Program-made: the position numbers and the translations under genes
NCBI GenBank assembly: GCA_043228905.1
Contig: JBHGNT010000010.1
Span: 19,530,001-19,594,000, forward strand
Reading direction: 5' to 3'
DNA from: Azolla caroliniana
Taxonomy: Eukaryota; Plantae; Polypodiophyta
DNA length: 64,000 nt
Part shown: piece after piece, positions 24,707-36,888 of the stretch
Layout of the letters: each line of letters begins with the position of its first letter
Numbering within the stretch: position 1 is the first letter of the stretch
Notes under the pieces: generated by a model
What the model saw: only the letters and a program-made list of their open reading frames with translations
What the model was told of the DNA's origin: nothing
Databases searched by the model: none

Positions 24707-26855
24707 ACAGGCGGCAGAGGAGCAGAAGATGAGGGGGTCGGATCTTGCAGAGGCCATGGCTTCGGCCGTAGACCGGATAGTGAGCGCGCGCGAGGGCACC
24801 GGCGCCCTTGACAGGGCTATTGAGGCGATCATCGGTATGATCGGCCGGTTCAGTGGAAAGGATGCCACGAGTTATTTGGCGTCCTACCGGGCGGAGATGT
24901 TGATGAGGGATATTCCGGAAGAGAGGCGTCTTGCCGGATTCCCTCGAGTGGCGATGCCGGGCATCCATGCGGAGGTGCTCGAGGTCCGGGCGGAGAGCCG
25001 GACCTGGGAGGAGTTCGAAGGACGGCTCCTGGAGAAATACGGGCTGGATGACGCGCTTCGACTTTCGAAGCGGGGCTTCATGGAGTGGGTGGAGTCCCCC
25101 GACAAAGGAAGAAATGCGTCGGCACTCCTCCGGGAGTTTGAGGATCGCTTTGTGCGCCTTTCGGCGCTCGATCAGACCGTTTTGGACACAAGTCGTGTCC
25201 TACTGTTTGTCAAATCGGTTGACGCATGGGATCGGGAGCAAGTGGGCTCCTTATTGGAAACCGAAGACGGGCTGACGGCCGACTGGGCCGCGGTAAAAAG
25301 AGTCTGCGGTCATTTTGACAAACGGTGGGAGTGGGCTGATACAGGGGCGACCGGGGCCGGTCCTGTCGCAGCAAGGAATCTCGAACTGATACCGCAGGTG
25401 CGACGAGAAGAGACCCGGGAATGGCTCGAAACCGGTTCGGCTTCGACCGGCGTGGTCAGAGGCTCGTCCGGGGGGACAGCTTTGGAGGAGTTGACACAGG
25501 CGGTAAAGGATCTCCAGATCGCCCAAGCTCGGAGGGAAGGTGGCGAACAGGCTCGTGACCGATGGCCTCCGGCAGGAAATAAGTGCATGTGGTGCGACGA
25601 GGTCGGCCACATCCGGAAAGACTGCGGGGACTTTGCGGAGGCTTTGAGAAGCCGGGTAGTGTACCTGTGGGAAGGTCGGGTGCACGCCAGCGATACCCGG
25701 AGGGCGCTGAACCGAAACGACGGGCGAGGAGGAATGAAAAGGCTGATGGAAGAGGCGGCGGCCCGGCACGTGGAGACCGTCCACTACTCAGCGTCAGCCG
25801 GTATTCGGGTCGGAGGCAACGAGGCCCAGAAGGAGAGCAAAGCCGGGTTCTGGCCGACGGTGCTGGAAGGCCTCGCCGGTGCCCGACGAAAGAAAGACGA
25901 GGCGGACCGCGCGGAGAAGCGGGTCCAGGGGGTAACCGGGTGGAGTGACCCGGTCGAAGAAAAGACGGGTTTCGTAGAAGTAGCTTGCCAGAACTACGAG
26001 GCTCTAGTTGAAGACAAACTGGTAGGTAAAACCGGAGGGGCCGGACCCTCACAAAGATACGAAACCCGATTCAGGCCGAAACGGAACGAGGCCGGTGAGT
26101 CCAGTGCCCGGGATAACCACAAGAAGGGCGGATACCGTTTGGGCAAGGAGATCGAAAGGACCACGGACCTACGAAAGGTCCTGGAAGAACAAATCCTCGA
26201 CAGCAAGGTGGAACTGTCGTTGCGGGAGGTGCTCGGAATCGCCAAGAAGGAGTTCCACAACTCCATCGTAGACTTGGTGAAGAGGAAGAGGCTGTCGACG
26301 GAGGAAGAACCGGAAAGGCCGGTGGAGGTGCGGACGACGCACATAGAGGACATGGCGCTGGAAGACGAGTGGGCAGAGAACCACTATTCGAGGCCACACT
26401 CGGCCCGAGCGACCACGGAAACCCCGGTGAAGATCGGAGATGTTCAGGAACCGGTGGTGGCGCTGGTGGACCACGGTTCGGAAATAAACCTGATGTCCAT
26501 GGACTTCTACAAGAAGGGGAATTGGCCGATCAACACCAAGCATGGGTGGAAGATACGGGCGGCGATGCGCACCACCGAGGAACTACACGGGGCCTGCCCA
26601 AACGTGCGAGTCAAGATCGACGACGTCGAGATAGACCAACACTTCTTTGTGCAGGAGACGTCCTCACACCCGGTCATACTGGGAGAACCGTACATTACGG
26701 CAGCGCGAATGGAGACCAAGGTGCTGGACAACGGGTCGGCTTATGCGAGGGTCAAGAGTCAGGACGGGCGTCACTCGGTCCAGTTCCTGACGGTGCGATC
26801 GAACCACGAGCAAAACCGCGACTCCCTCAGTGGCGAGAACCGAGAGGATTTTTAG
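24702..26855 (+). CDS. gag: Gypsy G1 Gag-protease ORF (first ATG at 24729)
   Basis: Zinc knuckle CMWCDEVGHIRKDC; aspartic protease ALVDHGSEIN ... VILGEPY. Confidence 0.88.
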   Translation: MKQAAEEQKMRGSDLAEAMASAVDRIVSAREGTGALDRAIEAIIGMIGRFSGKDATSYLASYRAEMLMRDIPEERRLAGFPRVAMPGIHAEVLEVRAESRTWEEFEGRLLEKYGLDDALRLSKRGFMEWVESPDKGRNASALLREFEDRFVRLSALDQTVLDTSRVLLFVKSVDAWDREQVGSLLETEDGLTADWAAVKRVCGHFDKRWEWADTGATGAGPVAARNLELIPQVRREETREWLETGSASTGVVRGSSGGTALEELTQAVKDLQIAQARREGGEQARDRWPPAGNKCMWCDEVGHIRKDCGDFAEALRSRVVYLWEGRVHASDTRRALNRNDGRGGMKRLMEEAAARHVETVHYSASAGIRVGGNEAQKESKAGFWPTVLEGLAGARRKKDEADRAEKRVQGVTGWSDPVEEKTGFVEVACQNYEALVEDKLVGKTGGAGPSQRYETRFRPKRNEAGESSARDNHKKGGYRLGKEIERTTDLRKVLEEQILDSKVELSLREVLGIAKKEFHNSIVDLVKRKRLSTEEEPERPVEVRTTHIEDMALEDEWAENHYSRPHSARATTETPVKIGDVQEPVVALVDHGSEINLMSMDFYKKGNWPINTKHGWKIRAAMRTTEELHGACPNVRVKIDDVEIDQHFFVQETSSHPVILGEPYITAARMETKVLDNGSAYARVKSQDGRHSVQFLTVRSNHEQNRDSLSGENREDF

Positions 26856-29800
26856 AGAGGGCTGTCAAGGCGTGGGGCCGCGACAGTCCGGACATTCCGG
26901 GAAAACTCCACAAATGTACGATAGAGGCGAAACCGAAGAAACCTTGTATCATAAATAGGAAGTTTTGTTTCTCCGACAACGGAGGTTGTACGATAGTCGG
27001 CGTCGTAGGCCGAGAAAAGACAAGGGCGGAAGAGCGACTTCGGGCGTGCGGAGTTCTCGGGCCCAGCGAGGAAATCAACGGAGCCGTGGAGGCGGTCTCC
27101 TTTGACGATACCTTGGGAATACTGCGAGAGGTGGTCGGAGAGGGCCTTAAAGAGGACCGGACGATACCGGTTTGTTCAGAAGAGATGTATGAAGTCATCG
27201 CGGACTTCAGTCGAGGGCTCGAGTCGGATCGGACGGCCCGGGTTAACACGAAGTACAAGACTGCGGACCGGAAGGTAAGGCCAGTCGCGGCACCCTTACT
27301 GGAGGGCAGCGAGTTGCGGATCAAGGGGGTCGCGTCGGACCTCAGTTTACGAGATCTGGCCTACATAGGACACACCTTCACCGACAGAACGCTCCGGGAG
27401 CTCAAAATCGGTGGGGGCGGGTTCCTACTGCCGGCGGAAGAAGATCGGTTTCGGAGAATGCTCGGAAGGCACGGGAAAGCCTTCGCATTCTCACCGGGAG
27501 AGATCGGGTGCGTAGACCTGACAGTCGTGAAGCCGATGGTGATATTCACGGTACCGCATGTGCCGTGGAATCTCAAACCAATTCCGGTACTGAGAGCTCA
27601 CATCCCGGAGCTGATGGAGCTGTTGAGGAAGAAAGTCGATATGGGCATCCTCGAACCGTCGAGTGCCCCGTACTCGAACCGGTGGTTTACCGTACCGAAG
27701 AAGAACGGGACGTTGCGCTTCATTCAAGACCTGCAACCGGTCAACAGAGTGACCATTCGGAACGCAGGAATCGGACCAACGATAGACGAGTTCGCGGAGG
27801 CCTTCGCTGGAAGGTCGATCTACTCGGTCGATGATCTGTACGCAGGGTACGATCAGTTCCAACTAGCCGTAGAGAGCAAAGACATTACGACGATGCGGAC
27901 TCCTCTCGGCCTAGTACGGATGTGTACCCTGCCACAAGGAGGGACGAACTCGGTGGCCCACATGGTGAATGCGATGAACAACGTGCTGAGGGATTGTATC
28001 CCGGACATCACCATGCTATTCCTGGATGACATCCCGATCAAGGGATGTCTGGTGGAGAAAAAGGACGAAACGATCGGACCGGACGGATGCTGGAGATTCG
28101 TGGCGTCACACATTGACAACTGCGAGAGGGTGCTGCAGAGGCTAGAGGACGTGAGGCTCACCTTCTCCGGGGAGAAATCGGCCTTCGGGCAATCAGAGAT
28201 CATGGTCGTCGGACATCTATGCGGACCGTATGGCCGGAAACCGTCTCCGGCTAAGGTGGAAGCCATCTCCGCAATGAAGCCCGACTGTAACTCGGTCACG
28301 GAGGTACGGAGGTTCTTGGGAGCATGCGCGTTCTACCACATATGGATCCCGCATTACGCCCACGTTGCCGAGCCGCTATACGGGTTGCTGAAAAAGGGGC
28401 GAAAATTCGAGTGGCGAGTCGAGCATACGGAGTCGGTCCGAAAGATGAAGGAGGCTCTTGCTACAGCTCCGACGCTCCGGAAGGCTGTCTACGAGAAAGG
28501 CACCCCCATCTACATAACGGTAGATACAAGTCCGACCGGGATCGGATGGGTCGTCAACCAAGAAGATGAGGACGGTATTCGGTTCCCAATCCGGTTCGGC
28601 GTGAAGGTCCTCGGTGAGCGACAGCGAGGATACGCCCAGGTTAAACGCGAACTCTGGGGTATCGTTTCGGCGGTAAAGGCCGATAAAGACTATCTGATCG
28701 GGACAGAGGTGATTATCGAGACGGACTGCCTGCCGATTCTCGGCATGGTTTCCGGATGCGCAACCCCGGACCTGGCAATGCTCAGGTGGATAGCGTACAT
28801 CAAGTCCTTGGATCTGGAAATGCGACACATGCTTTCGAGGGCGCGATTCGACGACGAGGGCGGCATGGTTTCGGAGGACGAGGAAGTCGGCGTGGACTTC
28901 TTCGAGGCGGCTTACGTAACAACCGAGGGGGGGAGCACTCCGACGCTTAACGATTTTGACGAGAGCAAGTATGATGGGGAGTGGCTGCAGATTGGAGGAT
29001 TCTTAAGGACGATGACGCCGGACGCGTCATGGACAAAGGACGAGGCCAACCGGATCTGGAAGAAAGCGTACCGATTCTTTCTGCGGGACAGATACTTGTG
29101 GAAGCACCCGAAGAAGAGAAACGGCATCCCGCTCCGAGTAGTGGCGATGAAGGAGGAACAAGAGGAGTTGCTGAAGGCCTACCACGACAGCCCCTGGGCT
29201 GGACACCGTGGGACGTGGGCCACGTTCGAGAAACTAAAGGGGAAGTACTGGTGGCCGGGGCTGTACCGGGACGTGCATCAGTTCGTGACAAATTGTGAGA
29301 GCTGTCAGATGCACTCCATAGTCTGACATCGGGACGAGCTTCACCCTACTTACCCTCCGGCCATCCATTTCAAATGGATGGTAGATTTGGTGACGATGCC
29401 GATGGGCGTAGGGCAGATGCGATATCTGGTGCTGGCCCGGGAGGACCTGACGAACCAGGTGGAAAGCCGAGCCCTGCAGAACAAAACGACCGCGGCCGTG
29501 TGTCGGTTCCTGATCGAGGACGTGATATGCTGGTACGGGTGCGTCGGGAAGATCGTGGGTGACCGTGGGGAGTTGGACGTCGAAGAGGCCGAGGAGTTGT
29601 TTGACCGGTTAGGGGTCAAGCTCACGCTCACCACAACGTACAATCCGGAGGCGAACGGGAAGGTGGAGCGCGGACACGGACCGATCGTCAAAGCGCTAGT
29701 CCGGGCGTGCAAAGGCCAGGTCGGGAACTGGCCACGACTGTTACCCTATGCCTTGTGGGCGGACCGGACAACGCACAGTTCGGTAACCGGTTTCCTGCCG

Positions 29801-30313
29801 TCAGAGCTCATGTTCGGACAGAAGCCGATCATGCCGATGGAACGGACGATCTCCTCTTGGGCGACAGTAGACTGGAGAGACGAGATGGGTCGGGAAGAAC
29901 TGCTAGCGGCGCGTATACGACAGCTCGAGCGGAGGCCAGAGGACGTGGACCGAGCGGCGGAGAGACTTCGGACGGCGAGGATGAAGAACAAAGCCCGGTT
30001 CAACCGAACGCACCGGCTCCGACCAAAGAAAATCGAGGAAGGCGACTGGGTGCTAGTCTACGACAGCAGCCTCGACAACCAGCACCGAGCAACACGGAAG
30101 TTTGCGAAGCGGTGGTTCGGGCCTTACGTGGTAACGAGCGCCAAAGACAACGGGACGTATCACTTGGCGGAACTCGACGGTACGAGGATGGCGATACCGG
30201 TAGCAGGGAAGCGGACGAAAGCGTTCAAGAAGCGCCATGACTGCGAACTGGATCTAAGAGGCCTGGACAACGTTGACGAACAGTCCGAAGCGGAGGACGA
30301 ACCGATGGACTAA
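26846..30313 (+). CDS. pol: Gypsy G1 Pol (RT-RNaseH-integrase) in the -1 frame; one internal stop at 29324-29326
   Basis: LPQGGTNS, FLDD, RH VDTSPTGIG/ELWG/TDC, INT H-x6-H...CESC, D-D-E core, GPY. Confidence 0.88.
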
Positions 30314-32365
30314 GAATCGGAACCCGGACCGGTTTTCTCCAACTAGAACCCAATTTTGGCGCATACCGGTGGATGCGCGGTTAGGTGGGGGCGGATGTTG
30401 TGAAGAAAACCGTCCCTTAGCGCAATCGGTGCATAACGCACGTGAACCGGCTCTTCACGCGTGCGCGCCCTTTAATGTATATAATAGGGAATTAGGTACA
30501 TAGGCATATCCGGGGTAGTTAGATTCGGTAGGTAGGAAGTAAATGAGGGAGATGGCTCCCCTCTGAAGCTATAAAAGAGAGGGAGACGCGGGGGAGAAGG
30601 AAATTGCGCATTGAGGAGGACGAAGTGCTGTTGAATCGTAACCGAACGCTTCTCCTCTGTTCATTCTCCATCGCTCTTCTCTGCAGGATTTCGGGAGGCT
30701 CGCGCTGCTTCGAGGAACGCCCGTGTGCTTCCGGCAGCACCTCCATCCTATCCCCTTTCGTGCGCAGACGAACAGGCATCGACATCTGTTCGCCGGCCTG
30801 GTCGGTTGTAACCGCTCGCGTGCTCTGTTGTTTTGTGTCATTTGTTAATATACAAACATTCGTGTCTCTCTGTCTCTGTGTCCATTCGTGTTTTCTGCGT
30901 TGACGGGCCGTGTCCTTGTGTTTCTTTGCTCATACGTTACCGGTCGTCTCTCTCTTTCTCTTTCCCCTCCTATCACCTGCTCTTCGGTTCAAGACCTCGG
31001 TGGTCCTGCCTCGTTTCTCCACACACGCGCGTAGCAACGCGACAACGTATTGATTCTTCCTACGGGACGGGAGCATATGGAAGCACCCGAAGAAGAGAAA
31101 CGACATCCCGCTCCGAGTGGTGGCGAAGAAAGAGGAACAGGAAGAATTGTTGACGGCATACCACGAGAGTCCCTGGGCCGGACACCGCGGGACGTGGGCC
31201 ACATTCGAGAAGCTAAAGGGGAAGTACTGGTGGCTGGGACTATACTGGGACGAGCATCGGTTTGTGACGACTTGCGAAAACTGTCAGGTGCACTCCATAG
31301 TTCGACATCGGGACGAGCTTCACCCGACCTACCCTCCGATCGTCCACTTCAAGTGGATGGTGGATCTGGTGATGATGCCGATGGGGGTAGGCAGATGCGG
31401 TATCTGGTGCTAGCTCGGGAGGACCTGACGAACCGGGTGGAAGGTCGAGCGTTGCAGAACAAAACGACCGCGGCCGTGTGCCAATTTCTGATCGAAGAAG
31501 TGGTATGCGAGTACGGGTGCGTAGGTAAGATCGTGGCCAACCGCGGAGAATTGGACGCGCAAGAGGCGGAAGAACTGTTTGACCGGCTAGGGATTACACT
31601 CTCACTCACCACAACGTACAATCCGGAGGCTAACGGGAAGGTGGAACGCGGACACGGGCCGATCGTCAAAGCGTTAGTACGGGCATGTGGGGGCCAAGTC
31701 AGGAACTGGCCGCGGCTCTTACCCTATGCGTTGTGGGCGGATCGAACTACGCATAGTTCGGTAACCGGGTTCATGCCGGCAGAGCTAATGTACGGGCAGA
31801 AGCCGATCATGCCAATGGAGCAAACAATCGTCTCATAGGCCACGGTGGACTGGAAAGATGAGATGAGCCAGGAGGAGCTGTTAGCGGCACAGATTCGGCA
31901 GCTAGAGCGAAGACCGGAGGACGTGGACTGTCAGGAATAGTACTAAAGCAAAGATGGAATTAGTACTAAGAAGAGTGGTACTATTAGTACTAAGAGGACG
32001 GGACTGCGTAAGATTCCCGAGAGAGAGGAAGTGAGAAGAGGAGAGAGAGAGAAATAGGATGATGACAACAGCTCTTATATTATATGAAAGATAAGTACAA
32101 ATCGGCTAAGAGGCTTAAGACTGGTGTTGAACCAATTTGGTTCAAAACAATGCCTTGTGCCTTCTTTTATAGTGTTTTTAGGAATAATCCTGAAGCTTCT
32201 AGAATGTTCCAGAGAGATCTGGAATATACATCAATTTTCTATGATAAAGCATAAATGAAAATAATATCCTACAAAATACAATTCATAGTCTAATGGTAAG
32301 AGCTCGACCCATGTAGCATAACGTCATGGGTTCGAGTCTTGCCATATCATGACACTATCTCCCCC

Positions 32366-34590
32366 TTAAAGACGACGAGTGGAACGAGTCGGCGCTAATT
32401 GCGGACCGGGTTTGTCCGGATACTTTCGGTGGAAATTAGCAAGAATATCTTGTGCATTGGCAACATGCTCGACGGGTTCCCAAGTACGTTCGCTCAGACT
32501 ATAACCGAGCCAATCGACCAAGTAATAAAGTTTGTTGCGAACAAGTTTGGAATCGAGGATGGCAGCAACTTCATACTCCGGGCCGACGTCCAACTCCAGC
32601 GGGGGCGGCGGTGGTGTCACATGATCGGGAATGGTGTTTGCTTTATAAGTTTTAAGAAGAGAACAATGGAAAACCGGATGTATCTAAAGCTGCGGAGGGA
32701 GATCAAGGTGGAAGGTGACATCATTAATCTTCCCCGTAATACGGAAAGGACCGAGTCGTCGATAATCCAACTTGTCGCATGGTCGAGTAGTCTTGATGTG
32801 ACGACGTAAGAGCCATACTCGATCTCCGATGGCAAAAGAGGAGGGAATCCGATGACGATCCGCATAAGTCTTCTGTGTGTGTTGAGCATGACGAAGGTGA
32901 GTAGAGAGATCCATCTGGATCTTGCGTAGCCTCTCCAAATGATCCTCGGCACGAGGGTTGGTAGGTAGCTCCGGAGTGTCGATCACCGACCAGCGAGGAT
33001 GGAAACCGGTATAAGCGAAAAATGGGGAGACCCGAGTCGAGGAGTGAATAGCATTATTATACACAAACTCCTCAAAGTGGAGAATCTCAGCCCAATCGTC
33101 CTGTTGATAACTTAGGAAACACCGGAGATATTGCTCCAGCGTTTGGTTTGTTCGTTCCGCCTGTCCGTTGGTCTGAGGATGGTAGCCGGAGGAGAGGTTG
33201 CAGGAGACCTTGAGCATCTTGAAGAGATGCTGCCAAAATTTGGAGACAAATTGCGGGCCTCGGTCACTGATAATACTGTCTAGGAGGCCATGATGCCGAA
33301 ATACCTCACGCATAACAAGAGCGGCGGTTTCCTCGCTAGTGATGGCTTTAGTACATGGCACAAAATGTGCCATCTTCGTATATCGATCGACGACGGTTAG
33401 GATTGCATCGAACCCCTTCGAGACCGGCAGATCTGTGATAAAATCAAGACAAATAGACTGCCATGGCTTACTTGGAATCGGTAAAGGTTCCAACAAGCCA
33501 TATGGATGGTGTCGTGGCATCTTTGCTCGGCAGCAAGCATCACAGGTCCGAACGTAGTCGTCGACAAAACGGCGCATGTGGGGCCACCAAAAAGATCATT
33601 GCACTAGCTCCAACGTCTTAGTATTACTGAAATGTCCCGCCGTATGGGTGTCGTGACAATGTTGGACGATTTGAAGGCGACAGGAGCAATCGGGGACATA
33701 TACGCGCTTTTTAAAGAATAACAAACCATCATGATATTCGAATTGTCAGTAGTCAATACCTGGTTGTTGAGACTGAGAACAGGATGCCCGAGAAGTATCA
33801 ATGTGCGCCAGGATGTCTTGAGCAAAACTATCCGTCTTCAAGGTTGCACGTTGTCGTGAAGAATGTGCTTCACGATATAAAAATGAGCTTAAATGTTGTA
33901 TTTAATAATATTTGAGAGACTTGAACCCACATCCTTATATACGATGTACAATGTACATACCACTAGGCTAGGCTATTTATTTGTAAAAGTGTGTAATAAA
34001 TGTGCTTCATGATATAAGAATGAAGCTATATATTGTATTAAGTAAAATTGAGGGACTTGAACCCTCAACCTTGTATATCAAGCACAAACCATACACCACT
34101 AAGCTAGGTTATTTGTTTTAGGGTTATATCCATCATTATACTTATCCCAATACATGGGAGCTCAAATGAGCATGATGGCTATCATGCATCACATGCAATG
34201 CATGTGCGCCAAATGGCGATCATGCATCAGATGTAACTCATGCATTACATGCATGACATTACCATATGCATGGAAATACTTATAAAAAGAGAGGAAAGGA
34301 AAACAAAAGGGAATCAAGGAATCAAGAGAGAGTAAAAAAATAATACAATCAATTGAAGAAGACTAGCTCATTGGGTGGAGAACCTCTCATTTCGAAGTTG
34401 AGGTCGAGGGTTCAAATCAAGGGTCGGTATTGAAAAGATTCATCTTGCGATCAAGGATTGTAAAGTTGGTAAAATATTATATTTTTAATATACATCATGT
34501 TTATATCATATACTCTTGTTTCTAGAATCATATTTTGTCTAAATCTTCTTTCTTGAATCATACATTGTCTCTATCTTTTATCTATGCTCG

Positions 34591-34682
<92 letters not shown>

Positions 34683-36888
34683 TACTTGTAACTCTTCGCC
34701 GTACTACCCTTAACCATTCTATCATCACCATACAAGCCTTATTAAAAGTTAAGTTTCTTCAACTCCCCTTAACCTTAGTCCCCGCGACTTCGCCGCACGA
34801 ACCACAACTACCCCGACAACGTATGTCATCGGTAATCCGTGAATCCATCGGGGTGTGAAAAATCCGCGTCGTGTGCAATCGTGTTGGTCCCAAGATTACT
34901 TGCTTTTGATTATCAAATGTTGCGTCACCAGGACGAGGTGCAAGATATGAATGCCGTGATAGTGCATCTGCTTTTCCTTGCTGCTTCCCCGGTCGATATG
35001 TGATTTTGAAGTCGAAACGCGTGAGGAATTGCGCCCACCGAGCTTGCCGTCGATTTAGTACGCGAGCGTTCTGAAAATAAGCAAGATTTTTATGATCGCT
35101 AAAGACAATGACCTGATGTGGAGAGCCCTCTAAGAAATGCCGCCATTGTACAAATGAATCCACGATGGCTAATAACTCCTTGTCATGTATTTCGTAGTTG
35201 ATTTCTACGACATCGAATTTGCGCGAATGGAAAGCCACCGGATGCAACTCTTCTTTATCGCCTTGTTGAGAAAGGATGCTACCGAGGGCGAAATCTTATG
35301 CGTCGGCCTCCATGATGAATGGTTTTCTTGTATCCACATGAGCTAGAATCGGTGCTGATGTAAAGGCTTTCTTAAGATGCCGAAAAGGCATATTTGCTTC
35401 TATGGACCAAAGAAATACTTGGCCCTTCTTCGTAAGTTGTGTGAGAGGTAAAATAATCTTCGAGTAATCCTGTATAAACTTACGGTAGAAGTTAGCAAAA
35501 CCTAGAAAACATTGTACATCTCGTACCGACCGTGGAATTTGCCACTCTAGTATAGTTTAGATTTTAGCTGGATCCATGGCGATGCCCTTTGAGGAGATGA
35601 CGTAGCCTAGAAATTCCACTTGCTTGCAGTCAAAGCTACATTTTTCTAGCTTGGCATAAAGACCATTCTCGCGGAGTCGCTTTAGTACTAATAGTACATG
35701 AGAATCGTGCTCTTCCTGGGCCTTCGAATAAATCAACAGATCATCCAGATAAATGATCAAACAGATATCCAAGAGGTCTCTGAATATATCATTTGCCATG
35801 TGTTGGAAGACTGCGGGTGCATTGGTTAGGCTAAACGGCATAACAGTATACTCGAAATGCCCATACCGCGTGCGAAAGGCGGTCTTCCACTCATCTCCCG
35901 ATCGGATCCGCACGAGATTATACACTCCTCGTAGGTGGATTTTCGTAAAAAACTTGGCACCATTAACTCTCTCTAAAAGACTTGATATAAGAGGAAGTGC
36001 ATACCTATTCCGGATGGTGACTTGACAAAGACGAAGTGAGCCATCTTTCTTCTTGAGAAAGAAGATGGGTGCACCGGCCGGAGATTTCGAATGGCGGATG
36101 AACCCGCTTGCCAAGTTCTCCTCTATGTAGGCTCGAAGGACTTCTAACTCGGTGGGTGACAAGTTGTAAATTGGTCCCCATGGTGGCTCGGTTCCTGGTT
36201 GTAAATCGATGGGACAGTCATAGGGACGGTGATGAGGAAGGGTATTGGCTTTTACCTTGTCAAATACATCGGCATAAGGATGATATTTTGCTGGAATTTG
36301 TACTGAGGAGTCCTTCTTAATAGTGCTGGAAGGATGTACTGATATTGCAAATAGGAACATTGCCTCCTTGGGTCCTTCTTCGCGTAGTTGATGGAGTGAA
36401 ATGGTCGAAACTTGGTGAGTTGATTCTTGGGGTGGTCGATATCGGACTTCTCTTCTTCTCCAATCTATGGCTAGATTATGTAATTCAAACCAAGGTAATC
36501 CTAGGACAATGGGATGCTCTGGACTACTAATTATATTAAATGATATTACACACACAAAACTACCTAGGACAACTTGAATGGGTTCTGATTCTTCTACAAT
36601 ATTCCCGGAAGCAATGGGACGACCATCAATGACTACTACAGATGAGGGACAAGGATGTTTTCTTAAGGATATCTGAGAAGCTTGGGCAAAATTTCGATCC
36701 ATGAAACAGGAATTAGCTCCGGAATCTAAAAGTGCTAGGACGGGTACTGGGGGAGTACTTTTAGTACTAACAATGACTTGGGCTAGGAACACATTGCTAA
36801 CTTGCTTGGAAGGAATGGAACCACTAATGGGCTGTACAGATCTAGGGCTGCTATCCAACCAAACGACTCCTATTTTGGCTGGACTCAA
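32366..36888 (-). pseudogene. pol: Chromovirus pol (PR-RT-RH-INT-chromodomain), disrupted by stops and a solo LTR
   Basis: ORFs 35557-36888 (PR, RT), 34759-35247 (RH), 32684-33577 (INT), 32366-32620 (YEVAAILDSK..YYLVDWLGY..RTWEP chromodomain). Confidence 0.88.
33852..34818 (+). mobile_element. Solo LTR of a G1-related Gypsy; 4-bp TSD ACGT
   Basis: TGTCGTGAAGA...CCCCGACA termini, ACGT at 33848 and 34819, TATAAAA near 34280, (CT)n(CA)n tract 34590-34681. Confidence 0.85.

Larger units (their letters stand above)
24035..31044 (+). mobile_element. Full-length non-chromovirus Ty3/gypsy element G1; LTRs 24035-24684 and 30396-31044; TSD ACGT
   Basis: About 650-bp LTR pair (about 19 substitutions by eye), 4-bp TSD ACGT at 24031 and 31045, PBS, PPT AGGTGGGGGCGGA, gag-PR and RT-RH-INT, no chromodomain. 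Confidence 0.96.

Noticed and set aside
26369-26845. N-terminal 159 aa of the 985-aa ORF
   Set aside because: Overlaps the protease in another frame; Pol is better explained by -1 frameshift entry at 26846-26852
33914-34420. Calling the A/B-box modules true tRNA genes
   Set aside because: No convincing acceptor or anticodon stems; only the promoter boxes and spacing are retained
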